A DNA stretch of 64,000 nt, from assembly GCA_963706595.1 (NCBI GenBank), contig OY970166.1:352001-416000 (forward strand), in the 5' to 3' direction. Under the pieces are notes generated by a model, which saw only the letters and a program-made list of their open reading frames with translations, ran no database searches and was not told where the DNA came from. Origin of the DNA: an uncultured cyanobacterium (GTDB lineage Bacteria > Cyanobacteriota > Cyanobacteriia > Cyanobacteriales > Nostocaceae). A program made the position numbers and the translations under genes. Positions 31,199 to 40,800 of the stretch are shown here, one piece after another. Positions within the stretch are counted from its first letter, which is position 1. Each line of letters starts with the position of its first letter.

Positions 31199-32245
31199 TT
31201 ATTCACCCCAACGATGCCATTGGCGAAAATTAGATCCAGCACTTACTGCCAAACCAATCTGATGCTGTGATGATAGTTCATCGTGACCGCCTTCGTTAGC
31301 GCCAATGTAATACATTCGGAAACTACCATCATCCATTGGCACTACACAAGGCGTACCGACTGCCCGTGCATCCCAATAACCAGAACCTTTTTCAGCATGG
31401 GAAAAGACGGGGACATCTGTATCTTTTTGCCAATGAATACCATCCTCAGAAATGGCTAAACCAATGGAGTGATAACCACTGTTATTCACACCTTCATAAA
31501 ACATTAAATATTGTCCTTTGATTTTTAAGACATGGCGAGTACCAATACCTCTCTCATCAAAACTCCCAGACTCGCCCGCCCCTAAAATCTGACCAACTTT
31601 TTCCCAACGCAAACCATCGGTTGATACTGCTAAACCGACTAAAAAACCTTTTTCTGGGTTGAGGGTGTGGTAGTATAATTTCCAAGTTCCATCATCATCG
31701 TGCAATACTTGCGGCCAAGCACAGAATAGGGCATCAAATTCACCATCTTTCCCTACATCGAGAATTGCCCCTTGGTAAGCACCTTCCAGCCGCACCCAAT
31801 TTATGCCATCACGGGAAATAGCACAGCCAGGGCGCATCTGTAAACCTTTAGCTGAAAATTTACCGATATCGACAACGGTGTGGTTCCCGCCAAAGTACCA
31901 CATCCAATAAAGACCGTCGTGAAAGTTGACGTTACTGACACCAACATGGGCAGAATCAAAGCGGTGAGTATCCGGGTGAGGTTCCAACACAGAACCCATT
32001 GTCAATTGTCCTTTGACTCGTTGCCAATTTACCCCGTCTGGGGAAATCGCTAAACCACAGCGCCCAGTTGGTAAGTTAATTTGTCGGTCAAAAGCAGCAT
32101 CTCGACCGTAGTACCACATCTTCCAGCTTCCATCGGGACAGCGCATAACCTGTGGTGCGGACACTCTCTCGGAGTCCCACCAGCCTTCTGTTCCTGGTGT
32201 TAAGACTAGACCGGGTTGATTTATTTGTGTTGTTTTTTCGCTCAT
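31199..32245 (-). CDS. Five-bladed beta-propeller glycoside hydrolase-like protein (GH32/43/130 type)
   Basis: Repeated blades: MWYYG/LYYH/MFYEG/MYYIG and GLAxSxDGxxW. Confidence 0.75.
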   Translation of the reverse strand: MSEKTTQINQPGLVLTPGTEGWWDSERVSAPQVMRCPDGSWKMWYYGRDAAFDRQINLPTGRCGLAISPDGVNWQRVKGQLTMGSVLEPHPDTHRFDSAHVGVSNVNFHDGLYWMWYFGGNHTVVDIGKFSAKGLQMRPGCAISRDGINWVRLEGAYQGAILDVGKDGEFDALFCAWPQVLHDDDGTWKLYYHTLNPEKGFLVGLAVSTDGLRWEKVGQILGAGESGSFDERGIGTRHVLKIKGQYLMFYEGVNNSGYHSIGLAISEDGIHWQKDTDVPVFSHAEKGSGYWDARAVGTPCVVPMDDGSFRMYYIGANEGGHDELSSQHQIGLAVSAGSNFRQWHRWGE

Positions 32246-32500
32246 GAAGTTGGAAGATAAATTAAATCGTTGCTGATTTCAAATATTAATTTTTCTCACG
32301 CACCAGCGTTCGCGCAGGGTGCCGGAGGCTCTAGCGCAGCACGGAGTGCGTTAGGCGCAAAGGCGCAAAGAAAAAGAAGGTAGTTTTGGCATTTTATACT
32401 CTGATTCAGCAACGCCAATTAAACGAACCACAGAGGCACAGAGAACACAGAGAATTGAGGAAGAAAGAGTTTTCTGTTATTGAGTGAATTTCTGCTTTCT

Positions 32501-32609
32501 ATATAGCGGTTCTCGGTTGAGTGAGATACAAGAACCCCACCCCCAACCCCCTCCGGTGCAAGCGAGGAGGGGGCTATGATGTATTTCATTCAAGTGCATA
32601 CCGCTATAT
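32501..32609. repeat. Intact ~109-bp MITE-like element
   Basis: ATATAGCGGT / ACCGCTATAT terminal IRs; same family as 6979-8672. Confidence 0.85.
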
Positions 32610-32625
32610 TATTTGTTGTTAATTT

Positions 32626-33792
32626 TTAAGAGTAATTTACCACAGAAGGTTTGTAGTTGTACAGCCACTGTTCAAATTCAGCATCACTCACCTGTGCTTG
32701 CTGCATCATTTTACTCAGATAGGTTTCGCTATCAGCCTCATAAGCGCGCTTCGCTCCAACTGCGTTACGAATTTGGATAATTTGGGTGCGGGGTTTACGA
32801 CTATTTTCATAATTAGCTAAAGCTGCGCCAATGTTGGGTGCATTATTAAGATATTGGGCTAGTTCCCAGGCATCTTCAAAGGCTGTATTGGCTCCCTGTC
32901 CTAGTAAGGGTACCATTGGATGGGCGGCATCGCCTAAGAGTGTGACTCTGCCTTGACTCCAATTTTGTAGGGGTGGTCTGTCACATATCGGGCGTTCTAC
33001 AATGTCTTCGGCGTTCGTTGCTGCTAATATTTCCTGTACTGGTTCTGCCCAACCAGAAAAGTTTTCTTGGATACGAGACTTAATATCAGCAGGACTTTGG
33101 GCAATAAATCCATCTGGACAGAGAGAAGCTGCACTCCAAAATACATATCCGCGACCCAAGTCGAAGAATCCGAAAATTTTGCCGTCGGATGCTGTCATGG
33201 ACATGACTTCATGAGGAAGCAGTTTTGGGTGACTGTATTTGAGAACAGATCGCCAAGACATCCGACCAGCATAATCAGGCTCTCCGTCTCCAATCAATGT
33301 CTGCCTAACTACTGAGTTTATCCCATCAGCGCCAATTAACACATCTGCCTGCACGGTTTTTCCACCTTCAAAGCAGATTTGGACTTCTTGCTCATTTTGC
33401 TCAAAATTGATGCACCTATGGTCAAGGTGGATGGCTTCAGGTGGTAGTTGAGAGGCGAGGATTTCTTGGAGACGCGACCACCGAATTTGTAACATTGGTT
33501 GACCGTATTTTTCTAGGAGTGTGACGGATTTCTGCCCAATCAATTCGCCGTTGCTTTTGTGTAAATTCAGCTTTTGAGTTTGGCTACCCGCAGCTTTTAA
33601 TAACTCAGTGATTCCCGGTGCAATAGCTTCAAGGCTATGTAAGCCATTTGGCACAAGGCTCAAACCAGCACCCACTGGTCGCAAAAAACGCGCTTTTTCG
33701 TAGATGTGGGCATTTATGCCTTGTTTTCGGAGTGCGATCGCCACAGATAAACCACCAAGTCCTGCCCCGATAATTGCTACTTTATTAACCAT
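32626..33792 (-). CDS. FAD-dependent monooxygenase (aromatic hydroxylase family)
   Basis: IIGAGLGGL, GADG, LLGDAAH, GQGAN. Confidence 0.92.
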   Translation of the reverse strand: MVNKVAIIGAGLGGLSVAIALRKQGINAHIYEKARFLRPVGAGLSLVPNGLHSLEAIAPGITELLKAAGSQTQKLNLHKSNGELIGQKSVTLLEKYGQPMLQIRWSRLQEILASQLPPEAIHLDHRCINFEQNEQEVQICFEGGKTVQADVLIGADGINSVVRQTLIGDGEPDYAGRMSWRSVLKYSHPKLLPHEVMSMTASDGKIFGFFDLGRGYVFWSAASLCPDGFIAQSPADIKSRIQENFSGWAEPVQEILAATNAEDIVERPICDRPPLQNWSQGRVTLLGDAAHPMVPLLGQGANTAFEDAWELAQYLNNAPNIGAALANYENSRKPRTQIIQIRNAVGAKRAYEADSETYLSKMMQQAQVSDAEFEQWLYNYKPSVVNYS

Positions 33793-33811
33793 GCTTTAAG
33801 TATTATTTTTA

Positions 33812-35128
33812 TCAAGTATTCAGCAATTTCTCGTTTGATTTTTTCACTTTTGATATCCAACTTTGATATAAATTCAAAATTTCTGAGTAGGAAACGGTGG
33901 TTTCAAATATTAAGTTAATTAGTGAAGGTGGGAAAAATTTTGGCAACAGTCTGTGCATAGTTTTGGCAATATTTTCTCTCAAAATCAACTCAATAAATAA
34001 TCCGGTAGATGTGGGAAAAGCATAGTCTCCTAGTTCTACTAAGGCGTAGCCGTCTGGTTGACGGCGAATAGTAAATTGTTTGAGAGATTCAGCTAAATTG
34101 TCAGCATATTCATTCAAAATATGATCAAAAACTTTTGCATCTTCTAGCGCTGCGTTACAGCCTTGACCAATGGAAGATGATACCGCATGAGCCGCATCTC
34201 CCATAATTAGTACACTATCACCTTGATGATAATGGCTACAGCGAATCGTTAAAATTTTAGCAATTGGTCTTTCGAGGAAAGCTTGCGCTTCTTCTTCTGT
34301 CATCATTTTAGCAATTTCTGGAAAATTCTCTTGAAAGTATGTAACTACTTCTGCTGTGCTAGAAAGACCAGCTATCTGATTGTTTTCGCGGGGAAAATTA
34401 ATGGCTCCACTCATCGTCCCATCGGCTTGATGCAGTGCTACCATGAGTGTACCGTCTTTTAGTCTCCAAGTGTGAATGTTGTCTGATTTGAGGTGAGGAC
34501 TGGAGTTTTGGCTATTTTCTAAGAAAATTGATTTGTAGTCAGTGGGGTAATATTTTTTTTCACATTCAAAATTTTCTGTACTCTGGAAACCTTCTCTGAC
34601 CGCAGAATTAGCTCCATCCGTACCAATTAACAAGTCATAATCAACCGTAAAATCCTGTTTTTCTGCAACTCCTGAAGCTTCTGCGATATTTTTTAAATTG
34701 ACAGTTTTTGCTGCAAAATCTACGGAAGTACATTGACAATTGAAGTGTATTTTTAGCCGACTTTCGTCATAATTTCGGGTTAACTCTTTTAATAGCACAA
34801 TTACTAAATTAGTCCGGTCTAGAGTAACTAGAGGATTTTTTCTCGGTGTCAATCTCGACTTACCATTTTTTTGGTGAAAAAGCGTTCCTGTCATTTCCAC
34901 ACTGACTGCTTTGACTGCTGCTTCTAAACCCTCAATTTTCCTCAAAGCACTCATTCCCCTTTCGTTAAGAGATATGGGGAAGGTTCGGGATTTTGAAAAG
35001 GAGATAATTCGAGGATCGCTGCGACCCTCATAAATGTTAATCTGGTATTTGTCGCCACGACGTAAAAGATAGTGAGCAAGGAGAATTCCGCTAGGACCAG
35101 CACCGATAATTGCTACTTTTTTGACCAT
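33812..35128 (-). CDS. FAD-dependent monooxygenase, kynurenine 3-monooxygenase-like
   Basis: IIGAGPSG, YEGRSDPR...SRTFPISLNERG, GTDG, GDAAH, GQGCN. Confidence 0.8.
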   Translation of the reverse strand: MVKKVAIIGAGPSGILLAHYLLRRGDKYQINIYEGRSDPRIISFSKSRTFPISLNERGMSALRKIEGLEAAVKAVSVEMTGTLFHQKNGKSRLTPRKNPLVTLDRTNLVIVLLKELTRNYDESRLKIHFNCQCTSVDFAAKTVNLKNIAEASGVAEKQDFTVDYDLLIGTDGANSAVREGFQSTENFECEKKYYPTDYKSIFLENSQNSSPHLKSDNIHTWRLKDGTLMVALHQADGTMSGAINFPRENNQIAGLSSTAEVVTYFQENFPEIAKMMTEEEAQAFLERPIAKILTIRCSHYHQGDSVLIMGDAAHAVSSSIGQGCNAALEDAKVFDHILNEYADNLAESLKQFTIRRQPDGYALVELGDYAFPTSTGLFIELILRENIAKTMHRLLPKFFPPSLINLIFETTVSYSEILNLYQSWISKVKKSNEKLLNT

Positions 35129-35643
35129 GTTTCTAGGTCTTACGCATTGATGGACAGACTAGAATATTTAATCCTGATTCTGAATTTTAAATTCAAATAT
35201 AAAAGCTTGTCATGAATCTTCAGAAGGATTTAGTCGCAACCGCAAAATATCTGAGACACCGCAACCCTATGATGTATTGAATTTAACTAAAAGGAACTCA
35301 TTCTGAATAGCATTTTTGTACTAATAAAGCTTGCACACGGAGCAGCAAATAAAACTTCAGTAGATGTTACAATCTGGGGCGTAATTTTGGGTAACAACAA
35401 AGGCTAATGGGTTAAATATAACTTTGATGTCTACTGAATTAATTGCTGAACTTTAGTACCACTTTCTGTGCAAGAACGGAAATAGGCTATTTTGGGATGC
35501 GATCGCTACGCCCCTCGCAGGTATCGCAACGAAAAAACTTAGCTTTATTGAGAATTTATGGATGTAAATGTATAATAATTTTCTTCTCGAAGCTTGATTT
35601 AGCGTAGCTTCATAAAGAATTAAGATGATACTTAAAAATCTCT

Positions 35644-36660
35644 ATGAATATGAGAAAAAAATCTGTTTTAGCTCTACTGTGTGTAATAACGCTGTCTATT
35701 ACGGTTTTTGGTTTTCATTCACTTAATGCCCAAGAAAAATCTATGCACAAAGGATTAATTAGAACAGAAATTGAACGGTATTTACAACAAAGAAGATTCA
35801 GTAAGACGGGTGAAATTGTTAGACACATTGAGGTTCAAAATGTACGCCGTAGTTACAATTTATATATTCCTGCATCGTACAATCCCAATAAACTAATGCC
35901 AGTAGTATTAGGTTTTCATGGAGGAACAACTACTGCACGGAGATTTGCACGAACGACAGGATTTAACAAACTAGCTCATGAGAAAGGATTTATTATTGTC
36001 TATCCCGAAGGAATTAAAAGAAACTGGAATGATGGACGTGATGCTCAGGGTTTACCAACTCAAGATGATGTCAGATTCGTTACAACTATAATTGAAGATT
36101 TAAATAAAAATATCAATATTGATAGGCGCAGAATTTATGCTGTAGGCATTTCTAATGGTGGTTTTTTGACGCAAAGATTAGCATGTCAATTATCAGATAA
36201 AATAGCAGCTTTTGCTTCAGTCGGATCAACACTAGCCGAACCACTGCAATATAATTGTCAAACGAAAAGACCAGTATCTATTATGATGATTAATAGTAAA
36301 GAAGATAAAATTGTACCTTGGACAGGAGGCAGGATGAGTAAAGGTAAAGGAGGAAATATTCTATCTGTGCGTTCGACTATCGAGTTTTGGCGAGATAAAA
36401 ATCGCTGTAATTCCAAGAACCCAAAAATTCAGAGAATTGGTGATAATGAACCAGATGATGGAACTAGTGTAGAAGTGACTAGTTACTATCAGAAATGTAG
36501 TAATTCTGAGGTTGTTTTAGTAGCAATTAGCGGGGGTGGTCACACTTGGCCTAGTGGTTCTGATCAACCTCAGTGGGTTGTAGGCAGAACTAGCCGTAAG
36601 ATCAACGGCAGTCAATTTATTTGGAACTTCTTTGCGCGTCACGCTCTAGCTGAAAATTAA
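35644..36660 (+). CDS. Secreted alpha/beta-hydrolase, PHB-depolymerase/LpqC-like esterase
   Basis: Signal peptide; FHGG, GISNGG nucleophile elbow, GGGHTWP. Confidence 0.85.
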   Translation: MNMRKKSVLALLCVITLSITVFGFHSLNAQEKSMHKGLIRTEIERYLQQRRFSKTGEIVRHIEVQNVRRSYNLYIPASYNPNKLMPVVLGFHGGTTTARRFARTTGFNKLAHEKGFIIVYPEGIKRNWNDGRDAQGLPTQDDVRFVTTIIEDLNKNINIDRRRIYAVGISNGGFLTQRLACQLSDKIAAFASVGSTLAEPLQYNCQTKRPVSIMMINSKEDKIVPWTGGRMSKGKGGNILSVRSTIEFWRDKNRCNSKNPKIQRIGDNEPDDGTSVEVTSYYQKCSNSEVVLVAISGGGHTWPSGSDQPQWVVGRTSRKINGSQFIWNFFARHALAEN

Positions 36661-36661
36661 A

Positions 36662-37050
36662 TTAGGTGAAAACAATACTGAAATAAAAAAGTAGGGCGTA
36701 ATAAAATGCTTCATACAAAGCCAAAGTACTAGGCGAAAATCCAGCTTGACTGTAAGCACGGTTTAAGGCTCGCATCTGTCCAACGCTGCGAGGGGCGGTC
36801 ATGCCCAAAGCTTTACTATCACTAGATCCAGCTACTGTTTTCATGACTGCATAAATGCGATCGCCATCTCGTTCGGCATCAGCTAATCGCTTCACTAATA
36901 GCCCACAGATCCTGGGCTGTTAACCAATTTAATTAATTTATCCAAATTCTGGAGCGACTGATCTAACGCACTATCGCTACAAAACTCTCTATCTAAAATA
37001 CCAATACCACCTGCACGAATTACAGCAGCTGCAATACCAGGATGCTGTAG
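36662..37050 (-). pseudogene. Remnant of a type I (Pfa-like) polyketide synthase
   Basis: KS fragment KRLADAERDGDRIYAV...GSSD.KALGMTAP...GQ.RAL.RAY truncated at YEA; upstream fragment HPGIAAAVIRAGGIGILDREF ends in a stop. Confidence 0.7.
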
Positions 37051-37856
37051 TTCAAATTAATTAAGTTTTCAAACCCCCTCCAACCCGGCAAAGTTCCCTT
37101 GGTGGATTACTAGAACGATGAAAAAAAGATACTTTTAAAGGTTTATTAATTATTCAATAATAATTCCTTAACTTTTGAATTGCATTATATACCAGTGGTT
37201 ATAAAAATTTCCCAGGATTTATGAACAACTGTAAGGTAGGCGTTTCACTTGCACAGACAAGCTCCTTGGGGGCGGGGTTTGGGGATTGAAAAAGAAGCAG
37301 GGGAGCAGGTAGCACCGGAGCAAGGGGGAGTAAGAAATTACTTTAAACTTTCGATTACTTAACAACCATTCCTCTTCTCTCCTGTCCCCTGCACCCTTCC
37401 CCCTGCCTTTTGTTGATTACACCTTACCCCCTAAACCTTTTCGATATGTTCGCACGACGTTTCTCTACAATCGCAACCGATTCACCGTAGTTTTTCTAGG
37501 GCAATTAAACGGTTTTCTCAATAGACAACTGGTGGAAAAGAATGTAGAGACGTGACATATCACGTCTTTACAAGGGTTCTAAGAAACGCACATTTAATTT
37601 TTTCCACCAGTTGTTGAATAAAGGCATTCTGGGGGGAATCCCTAGAATGGCTGATTGATACTTTACCTGCTAGTCAAGGCCACACCTACATTTGACCAGG
37701 TAATACCCAAACATTAGATCGTATTTTAGTAACTTCCAATCTCTCCCAGTCGGACAAAGTTGAGGCGGTTCACTCAATAGTGAATTTGCCGAAACTATCC
37801 AGAATTCCAATGATCATCACCCTGTTTTTACCACTTTTGATTTTTCTAAACCTACT

Positions 37857-40800
37857 ATGTCTAAAATTCAACTGAATCCCATTGGAACCTACGAAACTGG
37901 CATCTTTGACGCTAGCGCTGCCGAAATAGTCGTCCATGATCCACAAACTCAACGCCTATTTGTAGTCAATGCCAGCACTCCGGCAGTAGATGTACTAGAT
38001 ATTAGCGATCCTACTAATCCTACCAAGCTGTTTTCCCTTGATCCATCTGCCTATGGGGCGACCGCGAACAGTGTTGCGGTATTAAACGGCATCGTGGCAG
38101 TAGCTATTGATAATGTTGTGGCTACAGATCCCGGCAGCGTGGTATTCTTCGACACTGATGGTAATTTCCTGAATGCTGTCACCGTGGGAGCCTTACCTGA
38201 TATGTTGCTGTTTACCCCCGACGGCAGCAAAATACTGGTAGGTAACGAAGGAGAACCCAACAGTGCTTACACCATTGATCCAGAGGGTTCTGTCAGCATT
38301 ATTGATATTTCCGGTGGCGTTGCTAACCTGACTCAAGCCAATGTAAGCACCGCCGACTTCAGAGGCTTTAATGACCAGAAAGAAGCTTTAATTGCCTCTG
38401 GAGTTCGCATTTTTGGCGATAACGCTACTGTAGCTCAGGATGTAGAGCCAGAATACATTGTAGTTTCTAGTGATTCTCGTACAGCCTATGTAGCCCTGCA
38501 AGAGAATAACGCCATTGCGGTAGTAGATATTGAGTCTGGCACAGTCACTGATATTTTACCCCTTGGTTATAAGTCCCACGGTGTGGAGTTATTTACCTTT
38601 GACCGCACAACCCTACCTGCCTTTGATGGTACTACTAGCGTAGAACCTGCTATCAGTGGGGAGATTTTGCTGGGTGGCTTGTCTGGGATGTTCTTTGAAC
38701 GGATCACCGATTCGGGAAATCTGCAATTTATTGGTGTACCCGATCGCAATCCCTCCAGCACCCGCGATACTACAGGAGATGGTAGCAATGATGCGCGGGT
38801 GTTTCCCTTTGCCGATGCACCCACAGAAATCGTCCGCTTTGAGCTAGACCGCAATACTCGCCAAATTACTGTTACCGAGCGTGTGCAACTGTTCCGTGAA
38901 GATGGTACAACCCCTGTCACCCGCTTACCTAACATACAGGGCGATGATGATGGTTTAACCCCCATTGCTCCCGATGGAACTGTGTTGGACTTCGACCCCT
39001 ACGGCGCTGATTTTGAAGGGGTGTTGCGTACAGAAGATGGCAGTTATTGGTTAGTAGACGAATATCGCCCCGCCATTTACCACTTCAACGCTCAAGGCAT
39101 TTTGGTTAATCGCTTTGTAGCTGAGGGTACTGCTGCAAGTGCTGGGCAACCTGTAGGCACATTTGGTTCAGAAGTTCTACCTCCCGAATACGCCCTCAGC
39201 AGAGATAATCGAGGCTTTGAGGGACTAGCCTACCAAGATGGTAAGGTTTTTGCCTTTGTGCAAAGTCCCCTGAATAACCCCAGTTCTCGCAACTCAGAAG
39301 TAATTCGCATTGTAGAATTAGATGTAGCTACCTCCACCGCCACAGGTGAATACCTCTACGTACTAGAAGGTGGCGACAGCGATAAAATTGGCGATGCAGT
39401 TTCCCTGGGAGCAGGTACCGGCGAATTTTTAGTAATTGAGCGAGACTCAATAGCAGGTCGTGATTCCATTAAAAATGTCTTCCGCATTAACTTAGCAGAA
39501 GCCACCAATTTGATGACTGTGGATGCCGACACCTTGCCTGCTGGAGCTACCTTTGATAGCTTATCTGCCAGAGAACTACGAGCCTTGGGCATTAATCCCG
39601 TGGGTAAAACTCTAGAAGTGGATTTAGCCAAGATTGGCTATGACTTTGTGGATAAACCCGAAGGATTGGCTTTAATTGATGCCAATACCATTGCTGTCCT
39701 CAACGATAATGACTTTGAGGCTGGCCCTTTAGCATTGGGATTGATTGATCTACGCAGTCTAAATAATCCTCTAGATGTGAGCGATCGCGATGGGGCTATC
39801 AACCTCACCAACTATCCTAATCTGTATGGTACATACCACCCAGATGGAATTGCGATCACCGAAATTAACGGTCAGACCTACATCGTCACTGCCAACGAAG
39901 GGGATGCGCGCGACTACGACGGATTCAGCGAAGAAGCTAGGGTAAAGGACTTGATACTCGACCGCGATGCCTTCCCCCACGCGCGTGAACTGCAAGCTGA
40001 TGAAAATTTGGGTCGTCTGACAGTCACCACCGCTAATGGTATGAGTGATGGGGTCTTCTTCAAGTCCAACCTCACCGGCGCTCAAGAAGCGGTTCCTGTC
40101 ACCACTGAAGCTAGTGGTAGTGCCGTCCTGAAACTGAACGAAGACCGCACCGCTCTGAGCTACGAGTTGACCGTGGAGGGTCTGGACTTTGGCTCCATTT
40201 TAGGATTAAGTCCCCAAACCCCTGATACCGCCGATGATGTGACAATGCTGCATTTACATGAAGCAGCAGCAGGGGCAAATGGACCAGTGGTATTTGGAAT
40301 TTTAAGCCCTGACCAAGACCCGGAACTGAGCTTTACTACTAATCAAGATGGTTCCACTACCCTTAAAGGCATCTGGCGGGAAAGTGACCCAGCTAACAAG
40401 TCTTTGAGTGAATTTATCCCTACCTTAGTCGATGCCAGCATTGATGATCAGGTGAATTTGTACTTCAATGTCCACACTGAGGGCAACCCTGGTGGTGAAA
40501 TTCGCGGACAATTGACCTCAACCCTAGCTTACAATGAGCTATACGCCTTTGGTGGACGCTCCTTTGCGATTTGGGATACTCAGGGAAATCTGGTGTATGA
40601 CAGTGGATCTGACTTTGAGCGGATCACAGCCGTGCAGTTCCCTGACAACTTCAACTCCGACCACAGCGAAACCAACTTTGATAACCGCAGCGATAATAAA
40701 GGCCCCGAACCAGAAGGGGTAGCCATTGGTGAAATCGACGGACGCACCTATGCCTTTGTGGGTCTGGAGCGCCTGGGCGGCGTAATGACTTACGACATTA

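Noticed and set aside
37655..37856. Pho box upstream of the phosphatase
   Set aside because: Only weak matches to PyTTAAPyPy(T/A); no convincing three-repeat set at 11-bp spacing
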